64,000 bases of DNA, from positions 52,266,001 to 52,330,000 of the forward strand of contig NC_043006.1 in NCBI RefSeq assembly GCF_006345805.1, read 5' to 3'. Below are positions 12,601 to 27,149 of this stretch, piece by piece (the first letter of the stretch is position 1; each line of letters begins with the position of its first letter). The notes below the pieces were generated by a model. It was not told the DNA's origin and ran no database searches. It worked only from the letters and a program-made list of their open reading frames with translations. The DNA comes from Octopus sinensis (Eukaryota). The position numbers were made by a program, and so were the translations under genes.

Positions 12601-15600
12601 ATGTTTTATATGACACATTCTACCAGTGTCCGAAATTTGAAAGTGTTTAGTTACAAAAAAATTATCTTTTAAATCTGTACGTCAAAAGGTAAAGATCCAA
12701 TAGCTCCTTCTTGAAAGGTTATTTGGGATGCACTAAAAAAGCATATAAATATAACTAATTTAGTTTCACTGTTTTAGTACACAAGACATTGCTAGCTTGA
12801 AAAATGATGAGATTAGAATCACAGTTTTTAAAAAGGCGGCTTCTATGAATATTTTTTACAATGTAAGATAATTGCTGAGTGGCAGTCTGGGCTTAAAAAA
12901 AATTATTGCTACCTTACATTTCAAAATATTTAACCAACACATTGTGGTTCACAAATTATAATAAGTGATTTTTAAATTACTTGCATTAAAGGAGAATCAT
13001 TTTCTAATGTTTAATTATTGATTTATTTTTATTTTATTTTAGTTCCTTACATGGATTCTGTACTTACTAAATTACTGAAGAATGCTCTTGGAGGAAATAG
13101 CAAAACTATTATGGTATGAAACATACAAGTTGTTCATGTAGCATTATAAATTCTTCTTTACTTGGTTTTATATCAATCATTGGATAGGGACCATGGAGAC
13201 AATGAGAGATCTATAATAACAGTGTCAAGTCAACAGGAAGTGATTCAGTGGAGAAGAAAAGAGAGAGATGATTTGGTTGCATAGAAAGGTGAGGTAATCA
13301 ATATAAAATGGGAGTAGAGAATGGACAATGTTAAAAATGAAGGATGGAGCTGAAAGTGGTTCCAAGTAATGAGAAAAGATAACAGGCATCACAGAAAAGA
13401 TGATGAAATATGTAATTTTACCTGCATTTAACAACAGTGGCAGTTAGGTAAGCAATAAAGAGATCAGTGATAAAGAAATTGGGAATGGGGATGAAGAGGA
13501 AATTAGACAAGTTAAGGAAATTAGACAAGTAATTCAATTGTGTATATAGACATTATACTTTAAGAACTTCAGTTTCCCCCAAATAGGTGAGTCTTCTTGA
13601 ACACCACATAATACTGATCATGCTGATCTTCTGAGGTTGGTGCCTGGGGTGTAGGTGGAGTGGAGTAGAGATGCAGAGAAAGAGTGAAGACAGGGAATGG
13701 TGGGATAGGGTTAATTTTAAAATCACGTGGTTATGTGCATGTATATATGAATATGTGGGTACACTTCCATTTCCCTGAATATAAAAACTTGTGTAGACAC
13801 GAGCCACTTTAACTGATAAACACTTTCCCCAGACTCATATGTAATAAGAAAATATGTAATAGAAGATACTTTTAGTTGTGTTCCTAGCATCAAGAAAATA
13901 CTAGTAAGGAGGCCCAACAAAGGAAGGCTGTTCATGCAGAGGTAACACCACGTGCCCACTTAACAACCATTGGAATACAGAAACTATTCACCTACCAGTC
14001 CGGTGGACACGCTAGTCAGATTTACTACACTTTCACCAGGAAGCAAGAAAGATAGCTTATAAATGCAAAAACTTTCCCAGATGAAGAATGCCCCCTGCAG
14101 CATAGGTTAGTTGTTAGCAACTTCAGGATCAGGGCTAAATGGCTGCCCAGAAGATGACCAGTGTGGAAAAGGAGGGTCTGGAAGCTTAAGAATCCTTTGA
14201 ATGGATAGAGATTTAGAGATGTAATACTTGAAGCTTTTGATGAGAAAGAGGAGGATATAAGATCACATAACATGGTGGACAACTGGAGGTTCCTGTGGGA
14301 CAACCTGTTGAGGGCTACTGACCAGATCTGTGGCTGGTGTAAAGTCCCCCTCTTGACCTAAGGTTACACAGTGGTGAAACAATGTAGTTGACAGGGCCAT
14401 TGGGGAAAAGAAACAGGCCTGGAAGGACTGAGAATATGGTGATAGCAAGAAACTGTATCAGATTGCCAAAAGGGAAGCTAGGAGACAGGTTTACTTAGCC
14501 AGAGGGGAAGCAGAAAAGAAAAGATTTGCCAATGTTTTGCATCATGAGGATTTCGAATTGTTTCGAATTGCAAAATTGTAATGTCATAGGAGAGAAATGT
14601 GTCTGCATAGATGATGGCTTACTTGCATTTAATGAGGCTGCAAAGAAAGAGAGTTGGAGACACCACTATGAAAGGTTTCTAAATGAAGAGAATGAATGGG
14701 AGAAAGAGAATCTACCAAATGTCAACCCAACCGAGGGGCCAGCTGTCTATCCAAATTGACAGTACTTTGGTAGATAAAGTAATTAAGGATATGAAGACGG
14801 AAAAAGTTCCTGGCCCATCAAGAACCAGAATGGCAGTGTAGGCTATGGTCTAGTCACCTGTATATTTAACCAGGTGATACATGAAGGAGTCATGCCCACT
14901 GACTAGTGTAGCAGCACCATAGTCAACTGCTACAAAGATAAAGGTGATACTTTAGAAATAATTACAGAGATATCAAATTGTTGGATCAGGTGACGAATGC
15001 TACAGACTAGCCCAACTAATTAGGGAGAGAGTTAGTTTAGATGAGATGCAGTTTGGGTTTGTGCTATATTTCTGGTAAGACAGCTGCAGGAGAAATACCA
15101 AGCCAAAGATAAACCTCTGTACTTGGCTTTTGTTGACATGGAGAAAGCCTTTGACAGGGTTCCCCGATCCCTTATTTGGTTGCCAATGTGGAAACTAGGG
15201 ATAGATGAGTAGCTGGTGAGAGCTGTATAAGTCATGTACAGGGTTGCTGTCAGTAAGGTGAGGGTTGGCAACAAGTATAGTGAAGAATTCAGGGTACATG
15301 TAGGGATTCACCAAGGATCAGTCCTCAGCCTCCTCTTGTCCATCAAGCACCCTTCAATCGTTGGGCAATATGCTTTGCTTGTGAAATCCTGTTGAACTGA
15401 GTGAAATCATAGTCGTGGCCGATGTCAGTGCCAAACACCTGTGTTTAATTCCATTTATATATATATATATATATGAGTTAAATTAGAGGTTATAACAACC
15501 ATCTAAGGGATACTTGTATCTAATGAATCAACTGGTGTATTACCTATATTTGATCATGAGCATTGGTATTAATGCTCATAAATAATAGGTAATGACAAGA

Positions 15601-17902
15601 ATAAATGGAAGTTTATCAATATTTAAGGAAAACAGAAAATGGAGATACAATTAATGGATAACAATTGATTTACACCAATTATCATTTATTGATTAATTAC
15701 AAAGAGACAGAATCTCAACTTGCAGCTATTTCTGTTAGCATGATTCCCAGACTTAACCACCACAATAATAATAATAGTTATCATTGTAAGTAATTAATTA
15801 TACCAATTTGAATTGTGGAACTTCATCAGAGCAGAAAAGTAAAGCAAAATAAAAGTAAAAAGAAAAAGAAGAAAGTGAGAAAATGGTGATAATCAATTCA
15901 TGCTACATGCTGTCCCATTGGGAAACTTTCAAGCAACTACATATACACACACACACCCATGGACATACACATTTATGTGTGGATATATGTGTGGAATGTG
16001 CAAGCAAGACATGCCTCCTAATCTGGCAAGGAGAACTGGAAGTTCAAATAAAAGAAAGAAAATAATTCAGTGTGTGTTGACCCAATCAACCCAATCCAGT
16101 ATAAAACAGGAATGTAAAATGATGTTGATGGCAATGATGATGACATAGAATGTTGAATTTGTTTATGTTAGATTTGACACAATAAATCAATAAATCTAAC
16201 TTTACTTCAATAATAATCATTCAAAACTGAAAAGAGAAACTTTGTCAAAAATATGTAAAACCCAAATGAAAATCTGTCAGATGCTTTGCCTATCCTGATT
16301 AAATAAAAAATATTTGAGCCAGTTGGAATTTTTAACATCCCTCAAATGGTTTCTGGTTTTATTTAAAAACTCACATATGTTTGTTTAGAATATTCATGTA
16401 TTATAGACTTAGGACTATTCCACTTTTAAAAAGCAGTGGAAGTGTCATGGTTGGATTTGTTGGTTGCAATTTTTTGTTTTTTTTTTACAAATAAACTTAT
16501 AGATTTTTTTAATGACACCTCCAGTATATTTTAAAAATACACGTGGCATTTTTATGGCATGTAATTTTTCTTACATATTTCTGGGTAGATTTTATTTTAG
16601 TTTTCAACAAATGTGAATTATTGAAATAGTTATGTATTTTATTATAATTTATTTTGATACCCAGTCAAATTACTTTTTATAACAGTGATTTATTAAAATT
16701 ACAATGATTTGTGCTGTTTTCACTAAATTACTTTCGTGAATTTTGCTATTTTGTATTTGCATTGCTGTTTTTGTTTGCTTTTAATCTTTCTAACTGGCAT
16801 GACAATAAATAAATAAGTAAATAAAAACCGGTTTAATTTTATTTCCTTGGCAAATATTTTTCTCTATAATTATAAGATAAAACATTAATCCACATTTGTC
16901 AATTTACACATTCAATTTAACTACAAAATGATATAATTATGCAATTATTGTATACACATGTTGACACATGTATATGCACACAGCCATTATCTACTTGCAA
17001 TCTAAACACTTCACATCAAATTTACTCTGTCACAAGGAACATGGCTTATAGCAATCTTGATTTCTTCATCTGAATAAATATGCAAAGAAATGATCCTCTC
17101 TCTCACCTTCTTTTTGGGTAACATGTAGCTAAACCCCTGAGTCACTGCAAATCCTAGTTCACAGAATCATTTACAACTTCTCCTGGTGAGCAAACATTCA
17201 AATCAGTAATAATTGTGTCCAGTTGATAAGTCTTCTTCTTCAGGGCCAAAAAATACTTTCACTCCAAAGGGTTGTTGACTTTCTACAAAACTGAGGTGAA
17301 GCCCTCAATAGAATATAGCTTCTACATTTGGGATGATTTTATTGTTACACATATGAACATCTTATGCTACATCAAAAAAAAAATGCTATCTGACTGACTG
17401 AGAAAGGCACATTTGTCAATATAATACAACCTTGGACTTGTAGATGTTACAACTACAACAGCTTCTACTCCTCTGATCTTGCTAGCTGTATACCCTGCTC
17501 ATCAAACCCCACATGATATACACTGTGTTCCTGTCTCTGAGCTCCCCAAAGTAAATCACCCATTCAATCCGTCTTCCTTGGAATAATCAACCCTCTGAAA
17601 TTCCTTTCTTGCTGACATTTTTCCTGCCGTCTTTACTGATATTTGAACTGAATCTCAAATTTCTCAGTCCCAGATGGCCTGCAAAAGCCATTGTCACAGT
17701 TTAACCTTTATAATTAAACCATTTCCAATAAATAAATAAATATGTGACTGTGTGGTAAGAAGCTTGCTTCCCAAACACATGGTTCTGGGTTCATTCCCAC
17801 CATGTGGTACTTTGGGCAAGTGTCTTCTACTGTAGCTTCGCATTGACTAAAGCCTTGTGAGTGGATTTTGTAGAAGAAAACTGAAAGAAGCCTCTCATCC
17901 CC

Positions 17903-17966
<64 letters not shown>

Positions 17967-20646
17967 TTCTTTATGTATGCGTTTGTTCTCCACCACCACT
18001 TGACAACCGGTGTTGGTGTGTTTACATCCCCATAACTTAATGGTTTGGCAAAGAGAGGCTGATAGAATAAGTACCAGGCTTAAAAAAAAGTTATGGAGTC
18101 AGTTTGTTCAACTAAACCCTTTCAAGGTGATGTTCAAATGACTGAAACAAGTAAAAGAATAAAAGAATAAATAAAATGAAGTCATGTGACTGGGTATATG
18201 CATACACACACACAAGCACTTACATTCAATGAATAGCTACATGCATTTCAGTCATGTGGCTGGCATTTGCAAAATGTACTGGTCTGTTTACCTAATATGG
18301 AAGCTTCAACTCAACCAGTGTTAGTTACTCAAGAGATGTACTGTTTATACTGTGAATTTATGGCATACCTGATTATTTTTAGCAGTGGTGACAGAGAAAA
18401 AGACAGGAGAATATTTATCTAACATCTAAATATTTAATCATTTTTTACTTTATCTTAATATGAGGTCTGAAATAAATTCAAGATTTATCAAATTTTACAA
18501 GACAAGATTTATTTGATTTTAAATATTGAAATAAATTATTTAATATTCTGAATTCATTAAAGATGAAAGCCTTTAAATACAGTGTTTCCAAAAAAATATA
18601 GGAATTTCAAGCTTGTATGACAGCCTTTTTTCATCTCAAAGCTAAATTTGATTATTTAAAGCAGTGTTTTTCAACCTTTTTGCTGGAGCGGAACCCCAAG
18701 AAAACATTTCACTGGCTCGAGGAACCCCTGTGCATAATTTAATTGTCTTATGCACACATATCTGCACAGGAGAATTAAAAATTACTGTCGATTTTAGCAT
18801 TTTTGTAACTTCTTGCGGAACCCCTGGACTGTACTGGCGGAACCCTGGTTGAAAACCACTGATTTAAAGTGATAAATTTCATTGCATCAAATTGGAAATT
18901 TTTTTTGTTTCCAGAATGTTAATCAATAAAATCAAGGATATGCAATTGTTTAAAACTTTTCCACATTTCTACATTCTTTGTTTAGGTTGCTGCTGTGAGT
19001 CCAGCTGATATCAACTATCAAGAAACCTTATCAACTCTGAGATACGGTAAGTTGCCAGATGTTTCAATAGTACATTTGTTAAAAGTCACATACTGAAATT
19101 GGAAAGGTGACACCACACATTTTAATTGCAATTCTTAGTTTATTTAATCGCTAATTATTCATTCATGAATTTCACATTCATTATTCAGATCAAGTATAAC
19201 AAAGCTAAATATATATTGAGGATTGGTAAAGAGAAGTTTAATTATCAATGTATAGGTAATAAGGTTTTTGTCTCCAGTTTTCTAAACCTATAAGATATCA
19301 CAAAAAAAAACTTGGTTCTGCTTGGTGCTTTTGTAAATCGGCATTGTAATTTTTAGTAAGAAGAGCAAACATATTTGAAATGTGGCAGTTTTAGTTAAGT
19401 AACTTTAATGTTAAGTATAGACACATTGACGAGCTTTGAGATCAACCCCAGCACCTGGGAAATGCAAGCACAAGACTGCCTTGCCTGGCAAAGCTGCACT
19501 AATAAAGGTGTCATCTCCTATGAATAGAACAGGATTGTAGAGGTATGAAAACACGAACTACATAAGTCTGGAGCTAACTTCTTGCCTTCAGTTTCAGCAG
19601 ACCATCTGTGCCTGACATGCAGTAGAGCCATCCAAGCACACATTGGACTGATTGGTCACAGCCAAGCACTATATCTCATCTTCTTCTATATGATGTCCTT
19701 GGTCTTTGTTGACAATGATGGATGAACTATTAAAAACAATAAACATAGCAAAGAATATGATAAAATACCTCCAGGGAAGTACTCCATCTTAGTGCACAGA
19801 AAAGGTATAAATAGACATCTAGTATTATATTGTCGATATAATTAGTTAGTAATAAAAAAGAGCAATGAACTTTGTGACTGATTGACAGGAAAACCCGCCT
19901 AAGTGCATCTCATCCACGGCATTAAGAATAACAGTAATGAATATTGACTTCTCAACTGACTTGCTGAAAGTAGTGGAATGTTTTTGTTAGGGAACTTACT
20001 TAATTTTGGAAATAGAGCTAGTGATGGCTATGGTCTGAAGTGTTAGAGAACGGTTACCTTAGCAAAAGAGATTCTTGTGTATATAAATATGATTAATTGA
20101 AGAACATATAATAAATGTGATGCTGTACAGCAGTGAAAAACTAACAGAGGATGCTGGGGCATAATTATGGTTAGAGCTGATTATGTTCCATTAGGAGTAT
20201 GTAATATTCTCTTCAAATGCAGACTGCATTGAATTAAGAAGCACATTAGGTTTTGAAGCAATTGGTCAGTGTCAATTAATGAAGATGTAAAGTGAATGAT
20301 GATTGGTAAATGGGTTGGAATGATTTAGCTAAATACAGTTATTGTTATGTAGAATAGTACTCTAAATGGGACACCACAGAACCTTCTGTAAGGAGGTGAA
20401 AGAATTAGTGACTATTGGAGATTCTCATTGCATTCATTCTCATGTTAATAAAGTAAATAACATGTAAAATTATTACAAGGCACATAGCCACACATAGGTG
20501 GGGGTTAAGAAGTTTGCTTCCCAACCATATGGTCTTTAGTTCCACTATGTATAACTTGGGCAAGAGTTTTGTACTATAGCGTAGGCCAACCAAAGCCTTG
20601 TGAGTGGATTTGGTAGAAGGAAACTGAAAGAAACCTGTCATATGTT

Positions 20647-20696
<50 letters not shown>

Positions 20697-23600
20697 TATA
20701 TAACTGCCTCAACAAATTCCATCTGACCCATTCAAATTGGAAAAGTAGCCATTAAATAACGACATGATAATTATCATCATTATAATTATAAAGGAAGTGA
20801 ACTTTATTATTTTGGTTATGTCTCTTTATTCTTGGCTTAAATCCTGCTATGGTTACTTTGTTTTTCTTCTTTCTGGGTTTGGTAAACTATTTAGGTACTG
20901 AGGTTGTTAGAAATCCTCGTTATTTTTATTGTAATTGACATACATTAGCATGCTTTATAATGTGATTTAAGAGATAATATCATGAATGAAATTTGCAATT
21001 GAGCTGTTTATGAATTAATCATATTTCAAAGATAGCTGTGTAAATTATTGTGCTTAATATTTTGTTGAAACTAAGATGTTATAATCTAGAAATTGTGTTT
21101 CCAAATATTCATCCGACTATTCTAATATTGTTTTTCTGCTTTTCAAAGTTAATCGAGCCAAAGAAATTAAAACAATGGCTAAAATAAATGAAAGTGAGAC
21201 AGATGTCTTGATACGCAAACTAACTGAGGAAATCGAACAATATAAGACAATGATGAAGTCTGGAAATATTCCAATGATGTCAGACACTGCTGATCTCACT
21301 GAGGAGGGTAAGAAGTTTTGGGATATTTTTGTAACTGTTGTATGGAGATGGAGTGATCAATTTCTGGTGTTGTTAGTTTACATACAACAGTTATTGCTAC
21401 ATTTTTCATAAGGCTTCATGAAAATACAGACAGCATCAATCTTATACAAATGCCAGGTTTTAGAGATGCTGAAGCCTTCACAAATGAAGATGACCTTACA
21501 CATTACTGTAAAAATGTGTGGCTGCATTGATACCTTCATCCATCTTTAAGTTCCCAAATCACTCTGCTTCAAGGTTATCACTGATGAACATTTTGGAATT
21601 TATATGAGATGATAAACCACAAGAAAATGGAGAAAATGGGAGTTGGAGTAACTGCCATAATTCCATTGGTACAGGATATGACATTATTTGTATGTAGTTC
21701 AGAAAATACTATTCAGTGTATTTGACAGATTATTCTTACCTTTCATTTTTAGTATATTTTATTCATTTAGTATATTTAATTCATATGATTTAATTCATTA
21801 ATTCAGAACTTTTGCTTGGAAGTGAAGCAAATATTTATCAAAATTGATAGAAAGATTTCATTGTTAACAAATTCATTTCAATTAAGAAATTTTTCAAGCA
21901 ATTTCTATAAATTTTCAGGAATTTCCACTGTCCAACATAGTTGTTTGTAGGTGTAGCATAAACTGTTCCTGTCACATTCACCAGTTTTGCAGTGTCAGTT
22001 CTGGTTTGTTAATATCCTGATCCTTTGAAATATTTGTGGTCATTCAATTTTTTTGAACTTCTTAAAATTTTTGGCATAGATTCCATAGAGATTAGATCTC
22101 TTTTTAACATGACAGCAAGTATTAATTGTTATTGTCCTGTATTTTGCCATTACTAACTTAGAATATTACTGTTTCAAAATTCTCTGCACAAACAAGGTGG
22201 TGAGCTAGCAGAAACATCAGCATGCCGGGTTAAATGCTTAGTGGTGTTTTGTCTGTTTTTACGTTCCGAGTTCAAATTCTGCCGAGGTCGACTTTACCTT
22301 TCATCCTTTCGGGGTGGTTAAATTAAGTGCCAGTTGCGTACTGGGGTCAATCTAATCGACTGGCCCCCTCCCCAAAAATTCTGGGCCTTGTGCCTAGAGT
22401 AGAAAAGGATATTTTCTGCACAAACATTTGTTTAATCATTCCAAATGGCAGAGAATAGGCATAATTTCCAACAGAGCTTTTATTGAGTATCTATTCCAAA
22501 TTTTTTAACTATCTGAAGTGCCTTGTGCTTTACTGAAGTGTTACATTTCACCTTTAATTGCTCTCTTTTAATAATATTCCATATTCTGTCCTATTCTCAG
22601 AGTAATCCATATAACAGTAGCCTCATTATCCCCATTAAACATTCTTTTTTCTTTACTGGCATGACATAAATGGATTATTACAGTCCAAATTAGGGTCTTA
22701 TTTGGAGCAACTATCCTCTTACATATACCCACTCTGTTTTGTTCATATATTAATCTGTTGTTAGCATGGTTTCTATTTCCTGTAACTTTAAAGAGTGTAC
22801 TCGGTGTAATTTATCATAACATTATTACTAGAGAGATGCCTTGTCCCTAACATTCATATGCCAACCAGTTTACTGAATGTACTGGATGTGATGGTTTTTG
22901 GTAAGGGGATTTGTTAGAAATAGCATGGGCAGCTATGAGAACTGGTCATTGGCATACAGGCATTACCACAAGTTGCTAATGTTAAACTTCTCCGTTATGG
23001 TTTGAAAGACTATAATAAATAGAAAGAGTCTGAGCAATAAGTCCTGACATGCATCACCAAACATATTAAATCTCTCACTGAACTCATTGGTAACTCTCAC
23101 CTGGTTGATGTTACCTCTGTGCATGGCTTTCAAAGCTTTCACAAGTCTAATCCTAAATTTCTTCACAATCATTAGACTATAGAGTGTGGAAACCTGTCAA
23201 AGGCTTTCTCCAGGTCACAAAATGCATGGTAAAGTGTTTTATTGCATGCTGAGTACTTCTATAGTTCTCTCATTTGACATCACCTCCTTCTAGAATATGC
23301 ATGAACTGTATTTCATCTATGATAACCTAATCAGTTATGCTATGATTCTTGAAGGCAGTGAATTGCTAAAGTCACTAGAACTTTGAATAGAATACATCGG
23401 ATGGAGTACCCCATGCTACTTGTTCTGCCTCTCAGCACATTGAGTTCAAATTCTGTCATGGTCGACACTACCATTCAGTGTGTTTATGTGTGTGCGAATG
23501 TTTAAAAAAGGTTTATTTGGACTACAGGTACAGGTGGTGACATCGTAGCTTGTGACCATAGTTTGTGGCTGGGTTGTAGCCAGTGATGATAGTTCACATT

Positions 23601-25395
23601 TACAGACTGAAAATCATCTACACTTTTGAATTCCACTGGAATGAAAAATGCCTTATTTGAAAAACAGATCTTAAAGAAAAAAATGAACAATTGTTGTAAA
23701 GTAAAAAATTACCTTACTGTTCTCTCTTCTCAAATAAAATTCTATGAATAAATTTCTTTGTTTTTATTCCAGCTGTTCTGTTTTGATACCACAAAATAAT
23801 TGTCTAATTTCTTTCAGAAAAATTTATTCTGCTTATGTTGAACCTGCTCTTTTCTGCTATAATTTGGTGCTTATATTGTCCATCATTTTCATTGAAAATC
23901 TTAGCAATTAATTCTTAGCAGTTTAATCCTATTTATTGTTTTTATTCAGATTTAACTTTTGCTAATATTTCAATTCATTTTAAACAGAAAAACGGGAACT
24001 AAGGAAAGAAATTGAAGAGGAATATAGCAACATTCTTGATGAAAACAATCGAAGAATTGATGACATCAGAAAAACCTATGCTGAACGTTTAAAGGAGGCA
24101 GAAGAACGAGCACATCAAGTAAGTATATTCTAGATTGATGAAACCATTCGAGCAGCAGACAAAATACTTGTAGTATATGACTCCGTAGGTTTTGAGTTCA
24201 AATATTGCTGAAATCAGCTTTGTCTGTCATTGTTTCCAAAGTCAATAAAAGTACCAGTCAAGTACTAATGTTGGTTTGTATTCTTATAATACATCCTGAG
24301 AGGGAATAAAATTATTATAGAAAGATTTTAAGCAGCAGACTAGTGTTCTTTTTTTCCTTGCTTTTATTTTAATCTGCCTAATTAGTGAATGCTAACTTAT
24401 GTATTCTCTTTCATTCTAAGCTAGTAAATATTGTGCTGATAAAGCTGTTTCACTGAGGAGGGTCTAATTAGGTCAAAACATTTTGAAAGTTGTCATAGGA
24501 CTTAATAAAGATTAGAATCACTTTTTGCTGTATGAACCCATTCAATTCCTAATCATTTTGGATTTAAGTCTTGCCTCCTGAGCTTTTATTAACAGAAATT
24601 GTCATTAATGCTAATGATTTTGACAGATGTCATTTTTGTTGATTAAAATATTGTTTGGGATTTCTATGTTAAATATGTTAGCCTTCACTCTTCTACTGAA
24701 TTAACTTTATAGTTATGTAGTTAATACTTTATAGATTGTTCACTTTTTTTTTACAAATAATTTTATGGATTTTGGTTTTAGGATCAATGTTTCATGAAAA
24801 TTTACTGTAAATCTCTCTAATGTTTAAAATGGAATAAACCTAATAATATTACCTATTACAATGAGTATTGTTTTAAAGCATATTTAATTATATGCGTTAT
24901 TAGATTAATTTATGACTGTAATCATTTCTCTTCTAATTATATATATTGGAGTTTGATGTTTGATTCAACCCATGCCAGCATGGAAGGTGGACATTAAGCA
25001 ATGATGACGATGATGATGATGTTTGTGTGTATGTGTGTGTGTGTTTGTGTGATACAATGATAAATAATTACATTGTAAAAATAAAATAAAATTGTGCAGT
25101 AAATATAAATAATTTTTTTTATTAGCCAGCTGAAATGAGAAAGGCCATGGTACAGAAGAAAAAAACAGTTCCTTATATTTATAATTTAAATATGGATCCA
25201 CAGTTGACTGGACATGTCTTTTATTTTTTTGAGAACTCTCCTATTTCTGTTGGTAAAGATGTAGAAAATGCAATATGCTTAAAAGGCCCAAGGTGAGTTA
25301 ATTACATATATATTTCTGTTTCTCAAGTAGAATAATAACCAAAATGCAAAATGTTACTCTTGACTTTGTACTGTCCTAGTGTAGATTCTTCTTTA

Positions 25396-25450
<55 letters not shown>

Positions 25451-25836
25451 TAATATTAGGGAGTATAACTCCAAACTTACAGAGAAAAATTCAATTTAGT
25501 ATTAAGTCAAATTTCACAATGTAAATATATAATATATAAATTAGAGAAAAACCACCATTATGCAACTCAAACAATGATAGACATAAACCAAATCATAAAT
25601 AAAAAATAAAATATATTTTTTTAAAACATATAACTAGATCACAAAAAGTATAAAATTACTTATTACTTATATATTGATTATTCATTTTTATACTTTTTGC
25701 GATCTAGTTATATGTTTTAGAAAAATATATATTTTTTTATTTATGATTTGGTTTGTCTATCATTGTTTGAATTGCATAATAGTAGTTTTTCTCTAATTTT
25801 TATATATATATATATATTATATATTATATATATATA

Positions 25837-25867
<31 letters not shown>

Positions 25868-25889
25868 TTATACTGAGAAGAACACATGC

Positions 25890-25960
<71 letters not shown>

Positions 25961-27078
25961 GCAGACAAAAGACTGAAAATGATATATATATGTGTGTGTG
26001 TGTGTACATATCTCTTTTACTTGTTTCAGTCATTTGACTGTGGCCATGCTGGAGCACCACCTTTTAGTTGAGCAAATCGACCCCAGGACTTATTCTTTGT
26101 AAGCCTAGTACTAATTGTATCAGTCTCTTTCGCTGAACCGCTAAGTTATGGGGACATAAACACACCAGCATCAGTTGTCAAGCGATGTTGGGGGGACAGA
26201 CACACATACATATATACGACGGGCTTCTTTCAGTTTCCGTCTACCAAATCCACTCACCAGGCTTTGGTCAGCCTGAGGCTATAGTAGAAGACACTTGCCC
26301 AAGGTGCCACGCAGTGGGAATGAACCCGGAACCATGTGGCTGGTAAGCAAGCTAATTACCACACAGTGTATGACTATATAGTTGCTTTATTATGTTATGA
26401 ATGAAGGTGACCTACAGTTTCATATTGTGATATGCCTGCAATTATTTTCAGTTAATATTAGTTAACATGAGATATTTGTTAAGGTGTAGCCATTTTTTTA
26501 TGGATGGTTGATGGATATAAACTTACATCAGTGGTATGAAACCATCAGTACTGACTTTATAAAATAATTAAAAAAAAACAAATAATTCTCTCTCTACCTA
26601 CATGATGTTAAGTAAGCCTCAAGCTGGTTGAGAACTGTCTATCATGTTTCAATATGACTGCACCTTCATAAATATGCTATGTTCTCTGGCACTGATTGAA
26701 GGTTACTGATGATTTATATTAATATATTTCAGTATTTGGAAACCATTGATATCAGCTTTGTAAGATAATGAAACAAATAAATAATTCACAATCTATCAAT
26801 GTGTTGTTGAGAACCTCTTCTTCTGTTCATCATACAGGTGTGTGTGTGTGTGTATGTGTAAAATAGTGATAAAATTAGTACCAGTCAGATAGTGAGGTCA
26901 GTTGCAGTCACTTTCATTGATTGTATTCTGTTTTACACATAGCTGCTTGGTATAAGCTTGAATGACTCATAGGCAAAGAGTGTACTGACACAGAGCTAGA
27001 CAGCAAGCAGTGAGACCCAAACTAAATATTGTATTCTGTCATATTTGATATTTTCTAAAGAACATATTTATCAAAAAA

Positions 27079-27149
<71 letters not shown>

